DNA of 64,000 nt from an uncultured Gammaproteobacteria bacterium (GTDB taxonomy: Bacteria; Cyanobacteriota; Vampirovibrionia; LMEP-6097). Below are positions 20,001 to 28,674 of this stretch, piece after piece; position 1 is the first letter of the stretch; the number at the start of each line of letters is the position of its first letter. The notes under the pieces were generated by a model. It worked only from the letters and a program-made list of their open reading frames with translations. It did not search any database and was not told the DNA's origin. The translations under genes and the position numbers were made by a program. The stretch lies in contig CAYTKM010000001.1 of the NCBI GenBank assembly GCA_964438425.1, positions 590,603 through 654,602 on the forward strand, in the 5' to 3' direction.

Positions 20001-20407
20001 GTAAGTTTATTTTTAGTTTGAGTAGAACCTGACTCTAAACTATTAGCTATATCTGTTAAATCTTTTTTAACAGCTTCGATGATTTTAGGAACACTTCTAT
20101 CGTTCCTACTATTTAAAATACTCAATGCACTCGGCTCAGCATTTAAAATAACTTTAGCTTTACTAAATACTTTGGCTGTTAGCTCTGAAAGTGGTGCGTC
20201 CTTACTAATCTTTTCACGATTAAAACTAATAGTCATAGCAGTATTTCGGTTAGCTTCTTTATTCTGGTTTGTTTCCTGATTATTTATTTTCTGCCTGATA
20301 TCATTGAACTGCTCATAATCAGCGTTACTAGTTCTTGAAGTTGAACCTTTAACCGTGTGTTGGTTTGAACTAGAGTATTTTTTAAAATTTAGTAACTTAA
20401 CTTCCAT
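17060..20407 (-). CDS. Large N/K/S/L-rich hypothetical protein, paralog of 13012..16836
   Basis: 1115-aa ORF; blocks ENNLWDKLL, RIILQKTLKD, KKIPQIIHNISLISNLG, YNNLMKAFG. Confidence 0.8.
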   Translation of the reverse strand: MEVKLLNFKKYSSSNQHTVKGSTSRTSNADYEQFNDIRQKINNQETNQNKEANRNTAMTISFNREKISKDAPLSELTAKVFSKAKVILNAEPSALSILNSRNDRSVPKIIEAVKKDLTDIANSLESGSTQTKNKLTILNKKLNQIVTLQGNLDQVQNRIENTENNLWDKLLSTDKSLQVAARRLLVNKLDKQDSANAKPLEFSFTDHQKQERVRIILEDISDFDNIQKPEYKNLVERIILQKTLKDGLDIIQPTMQHQSTANKENIETPLNSQDIKKIPQIIHNISLISNLGISDDQVPKNSKVYSDKLKIPQYNNLMKAFGENILKIQSEGNVNEVNLTHSERLFLSETLQSNDNHLLKTLDSLPKVLSIVNKAKKSINVPEVNFNAHTLLKIQESFDGFAKSAGNTESKSLADEELDIKSFQSKSLKAPYIRLEDGKAKINGEKVDITRYNKVSGSTANYPEVTITRNKVTANSIKESNEIKSEVALPSTPLKQINATNQNNLVREVQKSLKVINQTNLALVSSDNLDQLIKTRVLLNAQEDVSFLKNKVSELADSELKNEVEDKLLYFKTQVYHKSLNIENKPLAIRSIILASTDTDVTEDEITAIDDAVINQQLEDKAGVTVLTELNDYRAKNNIDATDNLISDNLKATHSIFNKYYAASLIKDLDQALTSNTSSLSPALASNPDQALEKLNLLFKGLDHEQLTAEDSDLITKAYDVILGIQNNILSNSKNVDILNKVDASTTQKLTLEHKILESYEANINSDPALKTLNQFKGTNMYPPTDLDFKDLISNIEQDLNNNVDLSNTSEKKKIRAMINLTKLLGKFEELTKLGISNRIISKDERSTIQSFIKDTSESLPKSTELDLLTSKLKLAIDSSISYINDSNILTLADQSLSREAKILEYKKQISELTPTLDIINVNGQRKKQIEKIDSMPADSNTKLAKDTLADSNTKLAKDTLLILNKLRFLSDLNKLNINSGSIGMNSNMKGELTSKLRVSVTGKDNDASSTTIINLPDSSMVKSEMFKAVNEGIEILGKLDQCSFDKTEVAKASMQALLRLNADLLVRTDEPNNDSQLQTMTNLNRNLTSKITIDDINKSFEVRVLIQQLNDFNS
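17525..17597. repeat. Perfect in-frame 36-bp tandem duplication (ADSNTKLAKDTL x2)
   Basis: TAAAGTGTCTTTAGCTAACTTAGTATTACTGTCAGC at 17525 and 17561. Confidence 0.95.
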
Positions 20408-20572
20408 AACTTGCTTTTAACTTACGTCTAGATTTTATTTTAACAAATTGCATCTTATCTTGCTTGGGTATTTAGCCTGAGATCTACAATTTTATATGAA
20501 GCTAAAGAGATTTATGCAATTATGCTTAAATAATCTTGATATAGTATTAATATATTATTCATTATAAATTTC

Positions 20573-20604
20573 AGCTTTGTAGAATAAATAAATTCTACAA
20601 AGCT
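20573..20604. terminator. 13-bp stem hairpin downstream of the hydrolase gene; probable terminator
   Basis: AGCTTTGTAGAAT-aaataa-ATTCTACAAAGCT; U-tract weak. Confidence 0.5.
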
Positions 20605-20757
20605 ACATAGTGAGCTTTTAGTTTAAAGTAAAGTAGCCTCAAACTAAAGTTAGATTTATTATCTATGAAAATTTTTATATAGTAATAAATTGAGAACCAA
20701 ACTTAGACATTTAATTTACAGACGTTTTAATTCAAGCCGAGTAGAAAGCCATTCAAT

Positions 20758-21753
20758 TTAATAATAAAACTGACGTGGATCGTGTTTGAAACCGTCTAAT
20801 TCTACGAATTTAGTTTTAAGTTTTAATTTTCGGGCTGTTTTAACCAGCTTTTTACTTTGTTTAAAAGGGATCATTGGATCATCTTTACTGTGAATAATAG
20901 TGAGTTTCTCGATTTTAGTGTGCGCTTCTTGCAAAGCTTCTTCATTATTCCAAATATTAGTGAAATAGTTTGCTATAGAGGCTGGTATGACTTTTACAGT
21001 GTGTTCGGTCATATCTTGCATACTACTAAAAGGCGCAAATAAAGTGACTTTGGTGAATTTTTCATCATTCGAAGTAAGCTGATGCTTAGCGATCAGCTTA
21101 AGAACAATCGCACAACCAAGTGAATGACCTTCAAGCTCAATTTTATTTAATGGAATCTGCAAAGTGTTTAGAGCGTAATTTAAAACTGCGCGCGCATCGC
21201 AAAGTAAATTTTCTTCATTGGGCACACCAGCTTGAGACGAAAAACCACGGTAGGTAGTGAAAATTACGTTATAACCCTGCTCGTAATCATGTTTACCTTT
21301 ACGCATAAAATCTCTAATATCTGTTCTTTTACCATGAAAATAAATCTTGGTTTTAGCCTGCGGATTAATTTCAGACATAAATATATTTTGCTCGAAACCA
21401 TCTTTAGCAAGCACTTTTACCTGCATTAAACCCTTAAATTTTTTCTGAATTAAATTTCTACTGATAATTTCAAAAAAGTTAGCATTATAAATTTTTCTTT
21501 CGTAAAGTTGCTGATCTAAAATTGTGTTGAATAAAAATTGGGGGTGCACATAATTCGCTAAATACTTTAGCTTTTTGTAAAGTTTATTTGAGCTCAAATT
21601 AATTGTATTCCTAGATACTTTTTTAAGTAGGCTTAGTAGGTTTATGCCCTCGTCTGAGCTCTGAATATTATTTTTAAAGTTGAGACTAATAGGATTAATG
21701 ACGGCTGAATTGTCTAAATATTTTATTTCATTTTTAGTATTCAGCTGCTCCAT
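20758..21753 (-). CDS. Alpha/beta hydrolase (ABHD12/ABHD13-like serine hydrolase)
   Basis: IYFHGK, TYRGFSSQAGVPNEENLLCDA, nucleophile GHSLG, APFSSM, IIHSKDDPMIP (Asp), GFKHD (His). Confidence 0.85.
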   Translation of the reverse strand: MEQLNTKNEIKYLDNSAVINPISLNFKNNIQSSDEGINLLSLLKKVSRNTINLSSNKLYKKLKYLANYVHPQFLFNTILDQQLYERKIYNANFFEIISRNLIQKKFKGLMQVKVLAKDGFEQNIFMSEINPQAKTKIYFHGKRTDIRDFMRKGKHDYEQGYNVIFTTYRGFSSQAGVPNEENLLCDARAVLNYALNTLQIPLNKIELEGHSLGCAIVLKLIAKHQLTSNDEKFTKVTLFAPFSSMQDMTEHTVKVIPASIANYFTNIWNNEEALQEAHTKIEKLTIIHSKDDPMIPFKQSKKLVKTARKLKLKTKFVELDGFKHDPRQFYY

Positions 21754-22020
21754 ATTAGATAGATATTAGCAATAATTTATACTAAAAGTGTAGGAATGCA
21801 CAAGATATTAACATATTTTAACCTTGGTTAACTTTTAAAAGATAAAATTAAGTCATCTATAATATTTCCTTTATATAGACTATGACTTTCAGTTTAGCTC
21901 TTGAAACATAAGCTAGGTTATTTAGTTTAATTCTGTAAATAATTTTTTTGCTTGCTGTTTTAAAATAAGTATTAGAGCATGAGATGAATTATTTTAACTA
22001 ATGCTGATCTCGGTCTAAAC

Positions 22021-22896
22021 TTAACCTTTAGTATAAAAACTAAATCTGTCGATGCCACTATAATCTTTAATTACATGACTATTAGGGATAATTTCTTTTA
22101 GTTTGGCTGACTGGTCATAACCGTGTTCTAAAATAGAAAACCCTTTAGGTTTTAGCAGACCGAGTGATTGTTTATATAGCACTTTATATGGAAAACCGAC
22201 CAAAGCGTGTTTAGGCTCATGTTTCAGCTCATCAGCTAGGTTATCGTAATCGCTGGCATTAACATATGGTGGGTTAGATAAAACTACATCAAAATATGGT
22301 GGCTTGCCTCTAATAATCGGTAGCGCAAATGGATTTTCTAAGTGTTTAATAAAAGGCTCTAGTAGATCGCCAAGTACAAAGTGCACTTCACAATTATGGT
22401 TGCTCGCGTTAATTGAAGCTACACTTAAAGCCGCGCTTGAGATATCTGTAGCGTAAATAGTAGCGCTGGGTAAAGCTTTTTTTAAACTGATAGCGATGCA
22501 ACCTGAACCTGTGCCCACATCCACGATAACTGGCTGTCTGATTTTTAGGGCTCTAATCTTTGTCAAAGTCTGCTCAACTAAAATTTCAGTTTCTGGTCTG
22601 GGAACTAGAACGTCACTGTTTACAAAAAATCTATGACCATAAAAATATGCTTCTTCTAGTAAATAAGCCAATGGAACATGGTTTTGGTTGCGCTCGGTTA
22701 CTAAAGATAAAGAGTGTTGAATTTTGTTTAAATTTACTCTTTCATCTAAATTAGCGTAGATCTGAGATAAATTTTTATCCATCAGAGAAGCGATGATAAT
22801 CTTAGCTTCAAGCTCAGCTTCATCGTTAGTTAGTTTTACGGTCAGATAGTGGAGCAGGTCGCGGTAAGTTTTTATATGTTGCTTACTTTCCTGCAT
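22021..22896 (-). CDS. prmC: Release factor glutamine methyltransferase
   Basis: VLVPRPETEILVE, VDVGTGSGCIAISL, ATDISSAAL, SNPPYV. Confidence 0.95.
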   Translation of the reverse strand: MQESKQHIKTYRDLLHYLTVKLTNDEAELEAKIIIASLMDKNLSQIYANLDERVNLNKIQHSLSLVTERNQNHVPLAYLLEEAYFYGHRFFVNSDVLVPRPETEILVEQTLTKIRALKIRQPVIVDVGTGSGCIAISLKKALPSATIYATDISSAALSVASINASNHNCEVHFVLGDLLEPFIKHLENPFALPIIRGKPPYFDVVLSNPPYVNASDYDNLADELKHEPKHALVGFPYKVLYKQSLGLLKPKGFSILEHGYDQSAKLKEIIPNSHVIKDYSGIDRFSFYTKG

Positions 22897-24209
22897 TAAT
22901 TAATAGTTTTAATAGCACGCGCATGAGCCGCGATAGTTTTTTCTAAATCCTCATCACTATGCGCGTCACTTAAAAACCAGGCTTCATAAGATGATGGCGG
23001 TAGATAGACTCCTTCATGGAGCATCGCTCTATAATAAGTGCGAAACATTTTTTGATCTACTAGTTTAGCTTCATTAAAACTAAAGACTGTCTGATCTAGA
23101 AAGAACATACCAAGCATGGCACCGACATGGTGAACCTGCAAACTTGCTATTTTCGAATTAGGGTGCTTTTTAGATGCTGCGCGCAGACCTTCTAAAAGTT
23201 TTTTAGCACGCTGAGTTAGTTTTTCATAAAAACCTGCTGTCTGAATCTTCTTTAAAGCTGCCAAGCCAGCTGACATCGCAACTGGATTACCACTTAAAGT
23301 GCCAGCTTGATACATAGGACCTTCAGGCGCGACTAGTGACATAATTTTAGCGCTAGCACCATAGGCACCAACTGGCATACCACCACCAATCACTTTACCT
23401 AGGCAGGTAATGTCTGGAGTCACCTTAAATAAGCCTTGCGCGCAGTTAAGAGCAACTCTAAAGCCTGTCATAACTTCATCGAAGATTAGCAGCGCTTGGT
23501 ATTTATCACAAATATCTCTTAAAAATTGTAAAAAGCCAGCTTTAGGTAAAATACAACCTGAATTGCCAGCTACAGGTTCGACGATTAAGGCTGCAATCTG
23601 CTCGCCGTATTCTTCAAACACTCGGCTAACATCTTCAGGGTCATTATAATTAACCAGCAAAGTATTCGCAGTCGCTGCCTTAGTCACGCCTGGACTATCT
23701 GGCAAACCTAAAGTCGCCACACCAGAGCCCGCTTGCACGAGTAGTGAATCGACATGACCGTGATAACAACCAACAAACTTTACTATTTTATTTTTTTCAA
23801 CTGAAAAATTTAGGCTAGCATACGCTCTAGCTAGTCTGATAGCAGATAGCACAGCTTCAGTACCAGAATTTACCATGCGCACTTTTTCAATGCCTGGTAC
23901 TAGTTTTATGACTTCGCGCGCCATTTCAGATTCGATTTGAGATGGCGCGCCATAGCTGGTACCCTGCCTAACGGCATTGATGATCGCTGTTTCTACATCA
24001 GGATCAGCATGACCTAAGATCATCGGTCCCCAAGAACCGACATAATCTATATATTTATTATCATCTTCATCCCAAATATATGGGCCAGATGCTTTTTTTA
24101 TAAAAATGGGGTGAGTGCCAATAGACTTGAAAGCCCTTACTGGGGAATTTACGCCACCTGGCATAAGGGCTTTCGCTTCGTTAAATAAGTCAGCTGATCT
24201 ATTGAACAC
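22896..24209 (-). CDS. hemL: Glutamate-1-semialdehyde 2,1-aminomutase
   Basis: PGGVNSPVRAF, YIDYVGSWGPMILGH, NSGTEA, LIFDEVMTGFR, LGKVIGGGMPVGAYG, YQAGTLSGNP; 1-nt overlap with the prmC start. Confidence 0.97.
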   Translation of the reverse strand: MFNRSADLFNEAKALMPGGVNSPVRAFKSIGTHPIFIKKASGPYIWDEDDNKYIDYVGSWGPMILGHADPDVETAIINAVRQGTSYGAPSQIESEMAREVIKLVPGIEKVRMVNSGTEAVLSAIRLARAYASLNFSVEKNKIVKFVGCYHGHVDSLLVQAGSGVATLGLPDSPGVTKAATANTLLVNYNDPEDVSRVFEEYGEQIAALIVEPVAGNSGCILPKAGFLQFLRDICDKYQALLIFDEVMTGFRVALNCAQGLFKVTPDITCLGKVIGGGMPVGAYGASAKIMSLVAPEGPMYQAGTLSGNPVAMSAGLAALKKIQTAGFYEKLTQRAKKLLEGLRAASKKHPNSKIASLQVHHVGAMLGMFFLDQTVFSFNEAKLVDQKMFRTYYRAMLHEGVYLPPSSYEAWFLSDAHSDEDLEKTIAAHARAIKTIN

Positions 24210-24217
24210 TAGTTTTA

Positions 24218-24472
24218 CTATGCGTTAGCCGCGCTTGCTTTTTCCATTACGTAGTCAATAGCAGCTTTCACAGTTGTGATCTTTTCAGCATCTTCATCTG
24301 GGATTTCAACACCAAATTCATCTTCAAAGGCCATAACCAATTCAACTGTATCTAAAGAATCTGCACCAAGATCGCCAGTAAAACTCGCTTCCTCTTTAAC
24401 TTCTTCTTCGCTGATACTTAGTTGACCAGCAACAACTTTTGCAATTTTCTGTCTAGCTTCGTCTCTTGTCAT
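24218..24472 (-). CDS. acpP: Acyl carrier protein
   Basis: [35 protein letters not shown] (phosphopantetheine Ser). Confidence 0.97.
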   Translation of the reverse strand: MTRDEARQKIAKVVAGQLSISEEEVKEEASFTGDLGADSLDTVELVMAFEDEFGVEIPDEDAEKITTVKAAIDYVMEKASAANA

Positions 24473-24539
24473 TAGATTTTATCCTTTTCTAAAATTCAAA
24501 TTTTACCCGATAAGCATGCTTACTTACAAGTGCCTAAGG

Positions 24540-25319
24540 CTACATAAATAAACCGCCATCGATTTTCAGTATTTGACCTGTTATATATTTTGACGCATCA
24601 GTCGCTAAAAATAAAGCCGCTGAGGCAATATCTTCTGCTTCACCCATATCACCAAGTGGAATATTTTCTTTATATTTTGCCTGCACTTCTGCTGGAAGCT
24701 CGGCTGTCATCTCTGTTTTAATAAAACCAGGTGCGATTACATTGGCGCGAATCCCGCGTCTACCATACTCCTTAGCATATGACTTAGTGAAACCGATAAT
24801 ACCAGCCTTAGCTGAAGCGTAATTAATCTGTGCTGGGTTGCCGTGAACACCGACTACACTACTTAAATTAATAATTGAACCAGCACGCTGACGTGACATA
24901 CTTTTTAGAGCAGCCTGGCAAATATAAAATAAACTATTAAGATTTACATTTATTACATCATGCCATTCATCTTCTTTCATTCTAAGCAGTAAATTATCTT
25001 TAGTAATGCCAGCATTGTTAACTAAAATATCTAATTTAGAGTGCTCTTTTAAAATATCTTCGATTAAAGTTTTAATTTGTGATTTATCAGCCAGATCACA
25101 AGCCATATAAATTACTTTGCCAGCTTTAGAGCTATCTAAACTTGCGCTAATGTCTTCAGCAGCTGAGCTACTAGCACTTCTTCCTGTGATTATGGTAGTT
25201 GCACCTTCACTTGCATATAGTGTTGCGATAGCTTTACCGATACCACGAGTGCCACCTGTGACAAGTGCAATCTTGTCAGTTAAACTTCCTTGATACTTTA
25301 GATTTGACATAAAAGTCAT
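24540..25319 (-). CDS. fabG: 3-oxoacyl-ACP reductase
   Basis: TGGTRGIG, LVNNAGITKDNLLLRM, NYASAKAG (YxxxK), APGFIKTEMT; adjacent to acpP; start may be ATG at 25310. Confidence 0.95.
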   Translation of the reverse strand: MTFMSNLKYQGSLTDKIALVTGGTRGIGKAIATLYASEGATTIITGRSASSSAAEDISASLDSSKAGKVIYMACDLADKSQIKTLIEDILKEHSKLDILVNNAGITKDNLLLRMKEDEWHDVINVNLNSLFYICQAALKSMSRQRAGSIINLSSVVGVHGNPAQINYASAKAGIIGFTKSYAKEYGRRGIRANVIAPGFIKTEMTAELPAEVQAKYKENIPLGDMGEAEDIASAALFLATDASKYITGQILKIDGGLFM

Positions 25320-25370
25320 ATTATCATATGTAACTTTAGACTTAAAATTAGCTAAAATCCTTAATTGTAA

Positions 25371-25479
25371 TTTAGAAAATCTTTATAAAACAGCGTAAAA
25401 TTTAGAAAAATATTATAAAAATCGGTGAAATTTAGAATTATTTTCTAAAAGTGAGCGAAATTTGGAAAATTTTTCTAAG
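25371..25479. repeat. 30-bp-period array of 19-bp palindromes (4 units)
   Basis: 25371 TTTAGAA-aatct-TTATAAA; 25401 TTTAGAA-aaata-TTATAAA; 25431 TTTAGAA-ttatt-TTCTAAA; 25461 TTTGGAA-aattt-TTCTAAG. Confidence 0.9.
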
Positions 25480-25646
25480 TATGTTTAAGTTGAAAATTTT
25501 TAAACATAATCAATATTTTTGTTTAGGTTGATAGTTTTTAGATTTTCAAGTACAAAACGCTATGGATTTTGGAATTGAATAATATTACCCATAGACATAC
25601 AAAGATGCTTAAGTAACAAGTTTGACCTCGCTGCCTAGAAGATTTA

Positions 25647-26135
25647 TTAATACCTCTGACTTAAAGCCCGGTTGATATCACGCTGTTGGTCACGCTTCTT
25701 AAGGCTTTCACGCTTATCACCTTTCTTTTTACCTTCAGCCAAATGTAATAAGCACTTAGCATAATTTCTTTTAAAAAACACTTTGCTGGCTACCAAGGTT
25801 AAGTTTTTAAGTTGCATTTCATGAGCTAAACGCTCAATTTCGTATTTTTTTAATAAAAGTTTTTTCGCTCGATCTGGATCATGATTATGTCGGTTGCCGT
25901 GTTTATACTCAGCGATCACACAGTTAAACAAGAAAATCTCATCATCGATAATCTTGGCGTAAGCGTTTCTAAGCTGAACATTGCCAGCTCGCACTGATTT
26001 AACTTCAGTACCTTGCAGTACCATACCGGCTACAATTTCCTTACCTAAGTGGTAGTCAAAGTGAGCTTTACGGTTACTAGCTACGGTAGCCGAATCTTTA
26101 TGTTTCTTTTTAGCGCCATTGTTTTTCTTAGACAT
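25647..26135 (-). CDS. smpB: SsrA-binding protein
   Basis: NRKAHFDY, AGMVLQGTEVKSVR, NHDPDRAKKLLL, GKKKGDKRESLK. Confidence 0.97.
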   Translation of the reverse strand: MSKKNNGAKKKHKDSATVASNRKAHFDYHLGKEIVAGMVLQGTEVKSVRAGNVQLRNAYAKIIDDEIFLFNCVIAEYKHGNRHNHDPDRAKKLLLKKYEIERLAHEMQLKNLTLVASKVFFKRNYAKCLLHLAEGKKKGDKRESLKKRDQQRDINRALSQRY

Positions 26136-26263
26136 GCTGTACTCGCTGAAATTTAATGTACCTTATTATTGTAATATCTTTCCATATTATTTATTTGAAA
26201 GACTATGAATTAAAAAGATTCTATTAAAGTAAGTGTATTATCCTGAATCGGGTGTTAAGTTAA

Positions 26264-27424
26264 ATGTCTGTGAGTGTAATAAGTAATATTCGTAGTCAGC
26301 TAACTACTTTTAAAGCTAATGCTAGTAATAGTAGTAGGGCTAATGATAAAACGGGAGTGGCTAAGTCATCACCAGATAAAACTAAGTTAAAATATGAAGC
26401 TAACATTAATGATAAAGCGGAGTTAACTGACAGTAAATTAACTGAACCTAAATTGATAAGTAAATTTAGTTTAGCTAATACTGTAAATTCAAGTCTTAAT
26501 AAATTAGGTCTAACCGGTAAGCGCGAGCAAGCTAGCCAAATGAGCCAGTTTCATGGTAGACCGATTAATGAAATGACCTTAAACCGTTTACTCGATGGTG
26601 AAAAATTGAGCCCTCAAGAATTTATTAAAGCAAGGCTTTATAAACTTAGTTTAGACGAAACTTTAAATGAATTTAGACTAAGTGTTACTAAAAGTACTTT
26701 TAATATAAGACAAGTATTTCAAGAAAAGTTTGGTGATAATCTAAATAATGATTTACTTACTACTGAAATTAAAGTTGCTTATGTTAAGCAGCTGGGCGCT
26801 AACTTGCAGATAAATAATCAAGCTGATCTTGAGACGGTAGAGAAAAAATTTACTGAAGATTTAGTAGCTTTAAAAGCGGATGGCGCTACAGATAAGCTGC
26901 TTACGATTAAAGGAAGAGCACCTAATTTAATAAATGATTTACTAAATAAAGTAGATGAGGGCTTTAATTATCGAGAGTCTTCGTTTGAGATTAAAGAGTC
27001 AGGGCGCTCACCGCAAGAAAGTAATATATCTTTATCTCTGAAGCTTAAACAACAGTTAGTAAAAGCTTATTTAGAGTTTGCACCTGCTAATGTAAGAGAT
27101 TTATTAAGTTTAGATAGACTACCTGAACCTAGCTTACCAGTCTCTAATCTAAAAAAGGGCTATGATCATTTAACTAAGGCTGCACCAGTTGATTTTTTTG
27201 ATTTGACCTGGTCTAAAGATAATACAGGCGAAGTGAAACCTTATACTCAGTTTGACGAGCAGGTAGCTGAGCCTAAAGCTAATATTAAAACGTTTCTAAA
27301 TTCACTTAAAAAACTTGAAAATATTTTAGATTTTATCGAGCTAAAGCCCGCTGACAGGGATTTTGTAGAGAATTTACTTGAATTAAAGCTTGAGTATAAT
27401 ACTCCACTGCTAAAAGATCTTTAA
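26264..27424 (+). CDS. Hypothetical protein with S/N/K-rich N-terminus
   Basis: 386-aa ORF with genome-typical codon use; no recognisable motif. Confidence 0.7.
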   Translation: MSVSVISNIRSQLTTFKANASNSSRANDKTGVAKSSPDKTKLKYEANINDKAELTDSKLTEPKLISKFSLANTVNSSLNKLGLTGKREQASQMSQFHGRPINEMTLNRLLDGEKLSPQEFIKARLYKLSLDETLNEFRLSVTKSTFNIRQVFQEKFGDNLNNDLLTTEIKVAYVKQLGANLQINNQADLETVEKKFTEDLVALKADGATDKLLTIKGRAPNLINDLLNKVDEGFNYRESSFEIKESGRSPQESNISLSLKLKQQLVKAYLEFAPANVRDLLSLDRLPEPSLPVSNLKKGYDHLTKAAPVDFFDLTWSKDNTGEVKPYTQFDEQVAEPKANIKTFLNSLKKLENILDFIELKPADRDFVENLLELKLEYNTPLLKDL

Positions 27425-27704
27425 TAATTAAGATAGTTTGATAAATTTTATCAGTATATAAAGAGTTTCAGGGGAAAAGTTCTTAAAAGGCTGAAGCTAT
27501 CACTAAGCAACTGAAATATTTATGAATAATATCTAATTTTTAGTGGCATAAAATTATTAAAGCCAGTTTAGTTAAGCGCTATAGCGACTGAGTGGCTGGA
27601 TTTAAGAAAATAGAGTATTTGCAGTACAAATCTTTAGCTTATTCAACAGATTAAAGGTTTATTAGTTAAGCTAAAAGTGCTAAAATATAAGGTAATAAGA
27701 AATT

Positions 27705-28460
27705 ATGTCAAACGATCAAACCGTAGTTATTGAGGTAAAAAGACAGGATTCGAAAGAATCAAGTTCTTACTATCAAACTTTTGAACTGCCATACGAGCCA
27801 GGGATGAATATCACTTCGGCTTTGCAGGCGACGAAAGCTTATCCTAAGACGAAAGATGGTAAAAACACTTGTCCCGTAGCTTATGAATCAGGTTGTCTAG
27901 AAGAAGTTTGCGGTTCTTGTACTATGGTCATAAATGGTCAAGTGCGTCAGGCTTGTACTGCGCTAGTAGATAAATTACCTCAGCCGATTAAAATCGAGCC
28001 GATGTCTAAGTTCCCAGTGGTACGCGATTTAGTAGTTGATCGCTCACAAATGTTTAATGCTCTTAAGAAAGTGCATGCTTGGGTTGAAATTGATGGTGTT
28101 TATGATCTTGGTGAAGGTCCTAAGGTTCCTCAAAAAGAACAAGAACGTAATTATGCACTGTCCCGTTGTATGACTTGTGGTTGTTGTTTAGAAGTTTGCC
28201 CTCAGTGGGATAACGATCTTAATTTTATCGGTCCACAAGCTATTTCGCAAGCTGTTTTATTTAATAGTCACCCTAATGGTAAGAGTACTAAAGGTGATCG
28301 TACTAAGGCTTTAATCGATAATGGCTTACAGAACTGTGGTAATGCCCAGAACTGCGTGAAAGCTTGTCCTAAAGAAATTCCTTTAACAGATAGTATCGCG
28401 CGCGCTAATGGTGAGGCTACTGCTTACACTATCGAGCACTGGTTGATGGACGCGCACTAA
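27705..28460 (+). CDS. sdhB: Succinate dehydrogenase iron-sulfur subunit (Bacillus-like type)
   Basis: CLEEVCGSC...C (2Fe-2S), CMTCGCCLEVCP (4Fe-4S), CGNAQNCVKACPK (3Fe-4S), PVVRDLVVDRS. Confidence 0.93.
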   Translation: MSNDQTVVIEVKRQDSKESSSYYQTFELPYEPGMNITSALQATKAYPKTKDGKNTCPVAYESGCLEEVCGSCTMVINGQVRQACTALVDKLPQPIKIEPMSKFPVVRDLVVDRSQMFNALKKVHAWVEIDGVYDLGEGPKVPQKEQERNYALSRCMTCGCCLEVCPQWDNDLNFIGPQAISQAVLFNSHPNGKSTKGDRTKALIDNGLQNCGNAQNCVKACPKEIPLTDSIARANGEATAYTIEHWLMDAH

Positions 28461-28674
28461 AATAAATTTTGTTGTTTTAATTTAATTCTAAATTGGGCTT
28501 ATGAGTTCTATTCATTCTAAGTTAACTTAACACGACTTATTTTATCTAAGATTATTAATACTCTATTTGGTTATAGGCTAAGTTAATCATTAAATATTTA
28601 TATTTAAAAAAATACATAATTTAATAAAACTTTTCAATGTAGCAGTCTTTTTATAAAGCTGCTACATTTTAGTT

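Noticed and set aside
25371-25479. CRISPR interpretation of the 30-bp arrays
   Set aside because: Variable parts are only 11 bp, repeats are degenerate, there are only 3-4 units, and no cas genes are in the window
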